DNA of 64,000 nucleotides, taken from IMG/VR virus record IMGVR_UViG_3300025840_003125; one strand, given 5' to 3'. Under the pieces are notes generated by a model. It ran no database searches. It saw only the letters and a program-made list of their open reading frames with translations, and had not been told where the DNA came from. Below are positions 48,497 through 57,714 of the stretch, piece after piece. The DNA is from a virus. The number at the start of each line of letters is the position of its first letter. Positions within the stretch are counted from its first letter, which is position 1. Both the position numbers and the translations under genes were made by a program.

Positions 48497-49398
48497 TAAA
48501 CAAATTAATATGGAATAAAGTAGAAGAATTATTTTACTGGAACATATCAGTAGATAGCCCTATCAATCAATTACCTTTTACAATGGATTTTATTCTTGCT
48601 TGTCAAAAAGAATTTTCTATGACAGTAAGAGATAAAGAATACCCTATACATCTAGGTGGTATAATGGATTGGCACGATAAAACAATGGGCGATTTCGTAA
48701 AAGAAATAGATAAACAATATCAAAGTAATTACTTTGTAGCAGAAAATGGCACAAGTACAACAGGTGTCGTAGGTGAAATAAAAGATGTAAACGATAAACC
48801 TATTACAAACAAATGGAATATAAGAGGTGAAGCTCTTGTTAAAAGATTACAAGCAATGCAAAAAGAAAGACCTAATTTAACAATATTAGATATGGGTTGT
48901 GGTGTAAATGAATATAAGAAACATTTAAATAATGTTACAGGCGTTGATCCATATAGAAAAGAAGCAGACATAATCTGTAGTCAAGCAGATTTTAAACCTG
49001 CTGATGATATAAAATGGGATGTAATTATATGTTTTGGTCCTCAAAACTGGTATACGTATGATGAACAATATAGAAACTTTATGACGTTAAAGAATTGTTT
49101 AGCACCTAGTGGTCTATTATTATGGTCACATGTTCATAATTACTATAAAGTATTTCAACCAGATCACCCACATGGTCATACTTGGATACATGGCGATTTA
49201 GAACATGCACAAAAAAATAGTGCGTTTTATTTTTATGATAGAAACTGGAAGTACACATGGTACTTTAACTGGACTGAACATGCTGTAAATACACTTGCAG
49301 GTCATGTAGGTTTAAAAATAAACAAAGTTGATTACGACCATTGTAATTTATACAGACCACCTATGTACAGAATATTTACGGAGATGACACATGGTTGA
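48493..49398 (+). CDS. Class I SAM methyltransferase with N-terminal ACP-like domain
   Basis: ILDMGCG; GVDPY; DVIICFG; L...G. N-terminus resembles acyl carrier protein helices but lacks the DS site. Confidence 0.7.
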   Translation: MINKLIWNKVEELFYWNISVDSPINQLPFTMDFILACQKEFSMTVRDKEYPIHLGGIMDWHDKTMGDFVKEIDKQYQSNYFVAENGTSTTGVVGEIKDVNDKPITNKWNIRGEALVKRLQAMQKERPNLTILDMGCGVNEYKKHLNNVTGVDPYRKEADIICSQADFKPADDIKWDVIICFGPQNWYTYDEQYRNFMTLKNCLAPSGLLLWSHVHNYYKVFQPDHPHGHTWIHGDLEHAQKNSAFYFYDRNWKYTWYFNWTEHAVNTLAGHVGLKINKVDYDHCNLYRPPMYRIFTEMTHG

Positions 49399-49999
49399 AC
49401 AAGGTAACTTCTTTGTCAAATGTCATAACATTTATTACAATCAACAATGGTTGATAGATGTATTAGATAGTTTGAAACCTAGTGATTGGGTAAACGGAGT
49501 TAGTAGAACAGGCGTAGCATGGAATGTTAGTGAGTGTAGAAATATACCATATGAGAATATGTGGAAAGATATTGTAGAGAATATGAATTTAGATCAAGTC
49601 GGTAGTACAGAAAGAACATTCCATGGTGAAAAACCATGGGCATTCTTTTCTAAATTACCACCAGGTGGTATAAATTTACACTACGACCACAGACGTTGGG
49701 GTGCAATATTATTTCCTGTAAGAGGTAAGTTTGAACTCACACCTCAAATATTTGCAACAGAAAACTATACAGAAATAGAAAGATTTAATTTTGAAAAAAG
49801 TAAGATACATGATAATGGTACACCTGTATTTTTTGATAGCAGAGTTTTACATGCTGTACCTACACCTTTAGATTTAGAGGAAGAAAGAGTTGTATTTTCT
49901 GTTAACATACACTCACATCCTACAGAAATGTTTAAGAAAGCTGTTGATGGTACATGGTTAAATAAGAATACAGAAAACATAGGTGTATCTAATGACTAA
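49391..49999 (+). CDS. 2OG-Fe(II) oxygenase-like protein
   Basis: PPGGINLHYD; PVFFDS.VLHAV; RVVFSV. Confidence 0.7.
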   Translation: MVEQGNFFVKCHNIYYNQQWLIDVLDSLKPSDWVNGVSRTGVAWNVSECRNIPYENMWKDIVENMNLDQVGSTERTFHGEKPWAFFSKLPPGGINLHYDHRRWGAILFPVRGKFELTPQIFATENYTEIERFNFEKSKIHDNGTPVFFDSRVLHAVPTPLDLEEERVVFSVNIHSHPTEMFKKAVDGTWLNKNTENIGVSND

Positions 50000-50558
50000 T
50001 TTCTATTCTATACAAGCAGATAAAATGAAATTTAATTTAGATATGTTAGTTGATCTATACAAAACAGTAGATCAAACAAAGTGGGTACATAGACAAGATA
50101 AGTTACCACAGTATTGGCCTATTGATGAAAACAGCACGTTTGATCGTAACCATGAATTTTACAGACTACTAAAAGAAAACATAAATGCTGATATAGATGA
50201 AACGAGAGTATATTTCAGTAGAGTACATCCAGGTGGTATACCTAACCATTGGGATTTTGAAAATTTTACTAAACTACAATTTCCTGTTATATGTGATGAA
50301 GAAGATAACGATTGGTCAAAGTCGCCTGTTATCTTTATAGATCAATTTGACCAAGTTGTAGAAAGAGTAGAACATACGAATAATACGCCTATAATTTATA
50401 GTGCGAATTACATGCACGGAACAATCAAATCTTTAGATAATACAAACGATAGAATTACTTTTGTTGTTGATATTAAGTATTGGTTTGCCAGAGTTAGATC
50501 AAAATATAACAACGGTACTTTGTTTACAAACAACAAAGCGTTTTGGAGTATGGCATGA
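49992..50558 (+). CDS. 2OG-Fe(II) oxygenase-like protein
   Basis: HPGGIPNHWD; MHGT; RITF. Confidence 0.68.
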   Translation: MTNFYSIQADKMKFNLDMLVDLYKTVDQTKWVHRQDKLPQYWPIDENSTFDRNHEFYRLLKENINADIDETRVYFSRVHPGGIPNHWDFENFTKLQFPVICDEEDNDWSKSPVIFIDQFDQVVERVEHTNNTPIIYSANYMHGTIKSLDNTNDRITFVVDIKYWFARVRSKYNNGTLFTNNKAFWSMA

Positions 50559-51211
50559 ACAGGTGGGATATAACTGTTAAACAAAGTAACTATGATTTCA
50601 ATCCTTTTAGAGAAAGCGATCATGGTAAATACTTTAAGACAGTTACAAACATTTATGAGGACTGGTCAAAGGAATTAGAATATGCAAACAAGCAACAATA
50701 TGATTTCTATTGGCCTAGTCCTGTAAAACCAGGTGGCGATCATTTTGATTATGAGTATGAAAATAAACTAGTAGAAGATTGGGGTATACCTAAAGACTTT
50801 GTAATCTACAGAATGTGGACTGCAACAAAGAAAGAGTGTCCTATATTGTGTGGTCTAGCAGACAAGTTAGGTTTAGAAGACGCACAGGTAAATATACAAA
50901 CTCAAACTACAGGTATGATGTTACATTTACATATTGATAGTTTAACAGGTTTAAGAAAAGAGAGAAAAGATCAATCATCAAGCAGAGCAACTGATCCTGA
51001 ATGGGGTAGAGTTTTTGTTATGTTAGAAGATTGGAAACCAGGTCATATTATTCAATTTGGGAATACATATGTACCACCATGGAAAGCAGGTGATGTAGTA
51101 TGGTTTGATTGGGCAAACATACCACATAGTACTGCTAACACAGGACCATGGCCTAGAACAATTGCAAAAATAACAGGTAAACAAACGCCTAAATATAAAA
51201 AACTACTATAG
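50555..51211 (+). CDS. 2OG-Fe(II) oxygenase-like protein
   Basis: LHID; MLEDWKPG; WKAGD; PHSTAN.G..PR...ITG. Confidence 0.7.
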   Translation: MNRWDITVKQSNYDFNPFRESDHGKYFKTVTNIYEDWSKELEYANKQQYDFYWPSPVKPGGDHFDYEYENKLVEDWGIPKDFVIYRMWTATKKECPILCGLADKLGLEDAQVNIQTQTTGMMLHLHIDSLTGLRKERKDQSSSRATDPEWGRVFVMLEDWKPGHIIQFGNTYVPPWKAGDVVWFDWANIPHSTANTGPWPRTIAKITGKQTPKYKKLL

Positions 51212-51219
51212 GATAAATT

Positions 51220-52860
51220 ATGAGATTATTGATTATATTATTATTTTTATTTGTATCTACAAAAACTTTCGCTGAAGACAATCGTTTTGATTGTAGTTGG
51301 GATGATGACCCACCTTGTATAGTGATTCCTGTAGGTAGCTTAAATAATTCAAACGCATTAGGTGATAGAATAACACCTACAACAACAATTACAAAAACAG
51401 AAATAAGAGAACACAATCTAATTGATTTACCAAGTGTTTTAAATTACGTATCAACACTAGACGTTACACAATCAGGACCAAAAGGACAAACTGGTTCTGT
51501 ATTTTTAAGAGGTACAAACTCTAATCACACTTTAGTTTTATTGAATGGTATACCTATCAATGATACATCAACACCTACAGGTGCATTTGACGTTGGGCAA
51601 GACTTTATGTTTAACGTTGTACAAATAAATGTATATAAAGGTGGTGCAGGTGCTCATTGGGGTGCAGACGCTGTAGGTGGTGCAATTAATTTTATAACAA
51701 CTGTAGATTACGATAAAAGATATAATGTATCAGGTAATGGTAATGATAAAACTATAAGTGGTAATTATTATACTAGATTAAATGACTTTGATATATCTGT
51801 TTCAGCAGGTGAACATGAGTCTAAAAATGTTTCTGCTTTATCAGGTGCTGATGAAAAAGACGGTACAAAAAATCAGACTATAGGTGTCAATGTAAGTAAA
51901 TGGTATGATATGATACATTGGCGAGCATCTTGGTTTACAAGAAATACGTTTACAGATATTGATGGTCATAGTCTTGCTGTACAAGATGACAAATGGTCTG
52001 ATAATAGTTTTTATGCTTTTCAAACAGGTATAGATTACTTTAATAATAGTTTAACTTTTCATACACACGAATATGAAAGAATTTATGATGACGCTAATTA
52101 TGATAGTCAAAATTGGTCGTTAAGAGGTGTTCATCAAAGACAAAATTGGGGAATAGGTTTTGATTATAAACATGATGAAAATTATGGTAAATCTGCATGG
52201 TCAGAAAACACAGGTAGAAATCATGGCATGGGATACTTCTTTAATTTTTCATACAACATATTATCATATCATCATAGATTTGATGAAGACCATGAAACTT
52301 ATAAAATAGGATTCTTACAAGAATTAGACGATGGTTTAAGTATAAGTGGTAGTCACTCAACGTCATATAAAGATAAAACATTATACAGCGATGTAGTATA
52401 TGGTGACTCACAAGAGGTAACGTTAACTAAAAATAACTTTGCTACTACTATCTTTCAAAATGATATAGGTGATCTGAATACAAATGGTGTAGAGATGTCA
52501 TATAATACAGGTGATTGGAAACTTTTTGCAAGTAATTTAACAAGTAAAACAAAAGATGTATTATCATTAAGAAGACCAGAATGGTCACTTGGTTTTATTC
52601 ACAATAAGAAGTTTGAAAATAACTTTACTTTAACTACTAACTACAAATACAAAGGTAAACATTTAGATATACATAACTCAAACTGGTCTACAATATCAAT
52701 GCCAGAAACACATTTAGTTGATTTAAATCTAGGTTATAACTATCATGGATTTAATTTTGGTGTAAGTCTAAACAATCTATTGAATGAGAAGTATGAATCA
52801 CCTCATGGTTTCTCACAAGAAGGTAGAAAGTTTACTTTAGGTTTTAACAAATCATTTTAA
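51220..52860 (+). CDS. TonB-dependent outer-membrane receptor, BtuB-like
   Basis: Signal peptide; plug QSGPKGQTGSVFLRGTNSNHTLVLLNGIPIND; GADAVGGAINFIT; NLLNEKYE...GR; C-terminal Phe. Confidence 0.88.
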   Translation: MRLLIILLFLFVSTKTFAEDNRFDCSWDDDPPCIVIPVGSLNNSNALGDRITPTTTITKTEIREHNLIDLPSVLNYVSTLDVTQSGPKGQTGSVFLRGTNSNHTLVLLNGIPINDTSTPTGAFDVGQDFMFNVVQINVYKGGAGAHWGADAVGGAINFITTVDYDKRYNVSGNGNDKTISGNYYTRLNDFDISVSAGEHESKNVSALSGADEKDGTKNQTIGVNVSKWYDMIHWRASWFTRNTFTDIDGHSLAVQDDKWSDNSFYAFQTGIDYFNNSLTFHTHEYERIYDDANYDSQNWSLRGVHQRQNWGIGFDYKHDENYGKSAWSENTGRNHGMGYFFNFSYNILSYHHRFDEDHETYKIGFLQELDDGLSISGSHSTSYKDKTLYSDVVYGDSQEVTLTKNNFATTIFQNDIGDLNTNGVEMSYNTGDWKLFASNLTSKTKDVLSLRRPEWSLGFIHNKKFENNFTLTTNYKYKGKHLDIHNSNWSTISMPETHLVDLNLGYNYHGFNFGVSLNNLLNEKYESPHGFSQEGRKFTLGFNKSF

Positions 52861-54146
52861 TGTACGATACAATATTTTGGGCTATAATAGGAACTTTAAG
52901 TGGTGTCATCTTTGGTGTAATACCAGGTGCAGGACCTTTTGTTGCAACGGCAACTCTATATCCTTTTCTAACACATATAGAGCCTGTCAATGTTATGATG
53001 TATTACGTAACAGTTTTGATTGCAACTAATTATACAAATAGTGTAACTGCTATTCTGTATGGTATACCTGGTGACGCCACAGCAATGAGTACTGCAAGAT
53101 ATGGTCACAAATTATTCTTAAAAGGTTTTGGTAATCTAGCAGTTGCTTCTAACGCTGTAAGTAGTACAGTAGGAGTTATATTTGCTTTTACTGTTTTTAT
53201 TTTTGTATTGCCTTGGATCATAGAAGTTTTTAGATTTTATAATAGTGTACTACAGACAGTTATTGTTGCAGCTGCAATTATAATGATTACACTATTGACA
53301 AAACAAAATAAATTGTTTACAATAATACTGTTTTTATTCGGAGGCATGATTGCAAAAGTAGGTATAGACCCTATTACATTTGATAGTTTTTTGACTTTCA
53401 ATAACTCATACCTCGCAATCGGAATACCTTTTGCAAGTGTGATGATAGGATTATACATAGTGCCAGAACTAACAAAGTTAAATAGTTTTAAAGTAGAAGT
53501 ACCTAAACGTATAAATACTTTTACAGTTGGTAAAGATACAACTACGCCTACACTCATAGGAAGTTTTGTAGGATTTTGGTGTGGTCTTATACCAGGTGTA
53601 ACAAATATTCTTGGCAGTTATGCAAGTGCAAATATTGTTAAAAGGTTTTTCAAAAAACCTGTACTTAAAAGCATAGCAGCCGCAGAGGCAGCAAATAATA
53701 GTGGCGCCTTATCATCACTATTGCCTTTGCTTATACTAGCGATACCCATTACGGGAAGTGAAGTTTTGATTTATTATATTATGTTAGAAGATGGTTTCGT
53801 TTTCAACGCTCAAAATACAGTCAAACATTTAGAAAGTATAATTTATATTATACCCTTTGTTACTGCCTTTTGTTTGGGGTTAAGCTGGTACGGTTTCAAT
53901 CTGTTAGGTAAGATTGCATATCTCTATAAACAATATAGAACAATTGCAAACATCTTACTTCTCTCAATAATTAGCATTGCAAGTATATCAATATTCGCCA
54001 TACGTGAATGGATGATTATCTGTATATTTGTTTTGTCTATAATCGGGTTCTTAATTAGACGCTGGGATACTAGTCCTATTATTTACGGATACTTTCTAAG
54101 CGATCTATTTTACGAAAATTTAATTAGAACATTAATAATCTTATAG
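52860..54146 (+). CDS. tctA: Tripartite tricarboxylate transporter large subunit (TctA family)
   Basis: G...GVIPGAG; AILYGIPGD; G.IPG; AAEAANNSG; LL.LAIP; polytopic. Confidence 0.85.
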   Translation: MYDTIFWAIIGTLSGVIFGVIPGAGPFVATATLYPFLTHIEPVNVMMYYVTVLIATNYTNSVTAILYGIPGDATAMSTARYGHKLFLKGFGNLAVASNAVSSTVGVIFAFTVFIFVLPWIIEVFRFYNSVLQTVIVAAAIIMITLLTKQNKLFTIILFLFGGMIAKVGIDPITFDSFLTFNNSYLAIGIPFASVMIGLYIVPELTKLNSFKVEVPKRINTFTVGKDTTTPTLIGSFVGFWCGLIPGVTNILGSYASANIVKRFFKKPVLKSIAAAEAANNSGALSSLLPLLILAIPITGSEVLIYYIMLEDGFVFNAQNTVKHLESIIYIIPFVTAFCLGLSWYGFNLLGKIAYLYKQYRTIANILLLSIISIASISIFAIREWMIICIFVLSIIGFLIRRWDTSPIIYGYFLSDLFYENLIRTLIIL

Positions 54147-54157
54147 GAGATAAAAAA

Positions 54158-54934
54158 ATGAAAAAAATAATGTTAATAATAATGAGTATGTTGTTCAGTA
54201 CAATGGCATATGCTCAAGTACAAATAATCAATCCTGGTTCACAAGAAGGTGTCTTCAGACAAATTCTTTCTACAATAGGTGATACAACTGACCATAACTT
54301 TGTTCAGGCAGATAATCCAGTTACTGCATACACTTATATTGAAGGTGAATCTAATAAACCTATCTTAACGATATGGTCTAGTGAATGGCCAGGTGACGAT
54401 AGTTTGAAAAGTCCGAAAGTATCTAAAGATAACATTGTAGCTTTAATGACATATGAAACTCTTATGTGTAGTAGAGCATACAATTCACTTGAAGATATGG
54501 GTGGACAAACTGTTAAGATTGCGACATGGGGATCAGAACCAGTTGCAAAATTCTTAAAAAATTTAGGTGCAAAATATGATGTAAATTTTGTAGTTGTACC
54601 TTATTCTGGCAGCGGAAGTACTACTAAAGGTTATGTTGGCAAAGACGCCGATACTGTCTTTACAATTACTTCACGTCAAGCCGCATTAGAGGAAGATGGT
54701 TCTAAATGTATTGCCTTTTCAGAAAAAGGTGAATTAGGTTTTAGATTTGTTGACGCAATCATCACCATTAATGCTAACTACGCCTTAACAAATGAATTAC
54801 GTTCTGCTGTAACAAACCTCTCTACAACTACCGAGTGGAATAGTAAATTCAAAGGCTCTGTAACTTATGTTGGAAATGGTTCTAATCAAACTATAGAAAT
54901 GTTTGAAGAGGCTGTTGCTAACTTTAGTAAGTAA
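54158..54934 (+). CDS. Periplasmic substrate-binding protein, divergent TctC/Bug-like
   Basis: Signal peptide; VVPYSGSG..(x)..G.D resembles TctC VPYxG; follows tctA. Confidence 0.6.
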   Translation: MKKIMLIIMSMLFSTMAYAQVQIINPGSQEGVFRQILSTIGDTTDHNFVQADNPVTAYTYIEGESNKPILTIWSSEWPGDDSLKSPKVSKDNIVALMTYETLMCSRAYNSLEDMGGQTVKIATWGSEPVAKFLKNLGAKYDVNFVVVPYSGSGSTTKGYVGKDADTVFTITSRQAALEEDGSKCIAFSEKGELGFRFVDAIITINANYALTNELRSAVTNLSTTTEWNSKFKGSVTYVGNGSNQTIEMFEEAVANFSK

Positions 54935-56252
54935 TACAATTATGTAAGAGCTGGTTGGCATCCTTATAGTTGTCAAACAGCTCTTGCTGATCTCTACCAG
55001 TTATGTTAAGATTTACATTAAACTTTTTGTTTTGTAGATTTTGAAATTCAGGTATATTCATACCGACTTCTAACTTCTTATTCAGATAATTTAGATATTG
55101 TTCAACGATTTCTATATTCTTTATTTCTTTAATTACACCAGGTTTTAATTGAGTACAACCCCATAGTAGATGATTTGTAATTTCTGGTTCTTTGTTGTTA
55201 CCTATATTGTTAAATATATTATTGCCAGGTAACTTATCTAATATATTAATAAACTGACCTATACGTGTATTAAAGTCTATTGCAATTAATTTTTTACCTG
55301 ATATGTGAAAGTCAGGACCTGCAAAGTACATATCTTTTACTTTTAGTTTATCAACTATAGTCTGTACGAAACCATACATTATTCTATGTTGCTCTTCATC
55401 TACTTCACTCACAGGTATAGACCATACTGCCATATCTTTTGCGATATCACTTTTCTTACTGATTGAATGTTGATCTATAGGATTTTTATGAAAGTCTAAT
55501 ATGTCGCCATACTTTACTTTAGCATTTCTTACATAGAATAAACAATCTACTTTACCATCTTTAACATAACCATAAGGTGATATAGATGGCTCTTCAGACC
55601 AATAGTATTCTTGTGCCATAATTTTACAAGGTACATTATTAAAGTTTTCATTTTGAATACCTGTTTTATTGATTTCAAAAAAATCATTATGATAATTTAG
55701 TTTACTTAAATGATCTAAAAAATGATGTTTGTTATTCCATCTTCTATACTCTATTATAGGTGTATTCTGATCTGATTTAGGATAGAAAGAATTACTACCA
55801 GTACCGATGTCAGGTTTTGTAAAAAACTCATTGCCATCAAATACATCTAGTTGACTATGAAAGGTAGGTGTAATACTTTTAGGTACGTTATGTTGTAGTC
55901 CTATTACTCTACAAAAATCATCAAGTTTCTGTTTATTACTAAACACTTCAGCTGCAAAGGCAGACATATTGTTTATACCGTAATAACTTTCTAATTGTGC
56001 TTGAATAGGAAATAAATTTTCTGATACACAAAACACTTTATCACAAGATATAATTTGTTTTGTGATTTCTATTATATCAAACTTCTTTGATACAACTAAA
56101 TCGTCTATGTGTTTTATGAAAGGTTTGTAGCGATCGCCTGACTTGTTTGGCACCACATCACAAACCAATGTGATGTGGTTATTTAAATTCGCTGTGATAA
56201 GACCTTCGGTCTTGTTAAGACTACGCTTATGTGATAATATAACTACATTCAT
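54924..56252 (-). CDS. ATP-grasp fold ligase
   Basis: VSENL; NKQK..F...G..VP; FTKPDIGTGS; MAQEY; IDFNTRIG. Confidence 0.75.
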   Translation of the reverse strand: MNVVILSHKRSLNKTEGLITANLNNHITLVCDVVPNKSGDRYKPFIKHIDDLVVSKKFDIIEITKQIISCDKVFCVSENLFPIQAQLESYYGINNMSAFAAEVFSNKQKLDDFCRVIGLQHNVPKSITPTFHSQLDVFDGNEFFTKPDIGTGSNSFYPKSDQNTPIIEYRRWNNKHHFLDHLSKLNYHNDFFEINKTGIQNENFNNVPCKIMAQEYYWSEEPSISPYGYVKDGKVDCLFYVRNAKVKYGDILDFHKNPIDQHSISKKSDIAKDMAVWSIPVSEVDEEQHRIMYGFVQTIVDKLKVKDMYFAGPDFHISGKKLIAIDFNTRIGQFINILDKLPGNNIFNNIGNNKEPEITNHLLWGCTQLKPGVIKEIKNIEIVEQYLNYLNKKLEVGMNIPEFQNLQNKKFNVNLNITGRDQQELFDNYKDANQLLHNCITY

Positions 56253-56283
56253 TCATAATATATATGTGTTGATTAAATATTAA

Positions 56284-56634
56284 CTATTCAGCTGATGTAT
56301 CAAAATGATTCAAAACTCTTTCATCCGTAACAACCGCTCCTAATTCTTCAGAATTTATAAGATCATCAACAACTGGTAAAGCAGCTGCTTTTTCTTTCCA
56401 CTCTTTGTATAAAGCTTCAGTTTCAAATTCTTTTACAATTAAAACTGATTTCTTATCATCATTTAAAGTAGCATACTTATCTATTACATATAGTGCTTCG
56501 TTGTTAATGTGTTGGTTTATGTCATCTTCGCTTATTTCTGTTGATGAACTTTTATTAAAAAATTCCTCTACTGATCCAAACGTTAACGACTCATTTTTAT
56601 TAGTTAATTTCCATTGTTGAATATGTGTTTCCAT
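56284..56634 (-). CDS. Hypothetical acidic protein (paralog of 56634)
   Basis: SVEEFF...L.DDKKSVLIVKEFE....Y.EWK.K...LP. Confidence 0.7.
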   Translation of the reverse strand: METHIQQWKLTNKNESLTFGSVEEFFNKSSSTEISEDDINQHINNEALYVIDKYATLNDDKKSVLIVKEFETEALYKEWKEKAAALPVVDDLINSEELGAVVTDERVLNHFDTSAE

Positions 56635-56999
56635 TAGTTAAACTCCTCTATTGTTTCAGTTTTTCCGTTATCGTTTGTACCCCAAGGTGTTATTTCTGCA
56701 AACAATCCTTCTTGTTCCGATAAATTAAAATCTATATTGGGCAATAAGCTTCTTTTCTTTTTCCATTCGTTATACATTGTAATGTTTTCAAATCTTCTAA
56801 CAATTATAACTGCTTTGTTGTCATTTGTTAAGACACCCATTTTTTCATATATATAAGTTTTATTTACTTCTTCGTGTGCCTTTAAATCTTCTTCATCTGT
56901 AGTTCCAGTATATGCTGAGTCAAAAAATTCATCAACTGACTCATAAGTTTTGTTTGGATCTACTAAATTTTTATATAAAAATTGTATATCTATTGCCAT
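56634..56999 (-). CDS. Hypothetical acidic protein (paralog of 56284)
   Basis: SVDEFF...LTNDNKAVIIVRRFE....Y.EWKKK...LP. Confidence 0.7.
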   Translation of the reverse strand: MAIDIQFLYKNLVDPNKTYESVDEFFDSAYTGTTDEEDLKAHEEVNKTYIYEKMGVLTNDNKAVIIVRRFENITMYNEWKKKRSLLPNIDFNLSEQEGLFAEITPWGTNDNGKTETIEEFN

Positions 57000-57027
57000 A
57001 ATTTAACCCCAAATTGATTAATACTAT

Positions 57028-57045
57028 TATTTATACGTATAAATA
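57028..57045. promoter_or_regulatory. Perfect palindrome of two divergent late promoters
   Basis: TATTTATA-CG-TATAAATA. Confidence 0.85.
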
Positions 57046-57050
57046 CTACT

Positions 57051-57386
57051 ATGGCAGCTACAGCTAATTATAATATAGACCAAGGTGCAACTTTCAGTTC
57101 AACTGTAACCGTAAGGGATAACAGCGGAGATCCGTTAGATTTAACGGGTTATACGGCAACTGCAAAAATGGCTTTGGGATATAGTTCCACAAGAACGAGA
57201 ACAGATTTAACTATTGTGTTTGATAGTGATAGAACATCAGGAAATGTTACAATGTCATTAACTGCAACACAAACGGCTGCTTTAGAAGCGCCTGCAAGAT
57301 ATGTTTATGATTTAGACATAACAGATTCTTCAGGAACAGTAACAAGAATAATTGAAGGTCTAATTACAACTAGACCTAACGTATAA
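57051..57386 (+). CDS. Conserved T4-like virion protein (fibre-adaptor type)
   Basis: N..IDQGATF; LDLTGYT; LTATQT..L...RYVYD; RIIEG. Confidence 0.7.
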   Translation: MAATANYNIDQGATFSSTVTVRDNSGDPLDLTGYTATAKMALGYSSTRTRTDLTIVFDSDRTSGNVTMSLTATQTAALEAPARYVYDLDITDSSGTVTRIIEGLITTRPNV

Positions 57387-57397
57387 TAGGAGAAAAT

Positions 57398-57649
57398 ATG
57401 AGTAGTGAATTGAACACAGCAACAGACGTAACTAAAGAACAAACTTTTACAATTGATGGTAAAGACTATAAAAGAAGTGAGTTAAATACAAAAACTTTAA
57501 ATAGTATTATCATTAGACAAGACTTACAAGCAACCAGAGTTAAGTTGTCTTTAGAGTTAGAAAAAGTTGCTATTTTACAAAAACACTATGATGATATTAT
57601 TGCCAGTGAATTGGGTATTGATACATCAAAAGAAGCTGAAAAAAAGTAG
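57398..57649 (+). CDS. Hypothetical protein
   Basis: TIDGKDY followed by coiled coil. Confidence 0.65.
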   Translation: MSSELNTATDVTKEQTFTIDGKDYKRSELNTKTLNSIIIRQDLQATRVKLSLELEKVAILQKHYDDIIASELGIDTSKEAEKK

Positions 57650-57679
57650 TTATTAATTAGTTTTACATTACCTTATTAT

Positions 57680-57687
57680 TATAAATA
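57680..57687 (+). promoter_or_regulatory. T4-type late promoter
   Basis: TATAAATA. Confidence 0.75.
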
Positions 57688-57714
57688 TTATAAACTTACT
57701 AGTAATAAGGTAAT

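Noticed and set aside
6362-51211. Beta-lactam (carbapenem/cephamycin-like) biosynthetic cluster suggested by B12-rSAMs, 2OG oxygenases, carbamoyltransferase and a beta-lactamase-family gene
   Set aside because: No CarB/ThnE crotonase, beta-lactam synthetase or ACV synthetase recognised; the genes lie in separate operons; the similarity is only at superfamily level.
51150-51220. Cobalamin riboswitch ahead of the BtuB-like gene
   Set aside because: Only 8 bp intergenic, and no B12-box-like sequence recognised.
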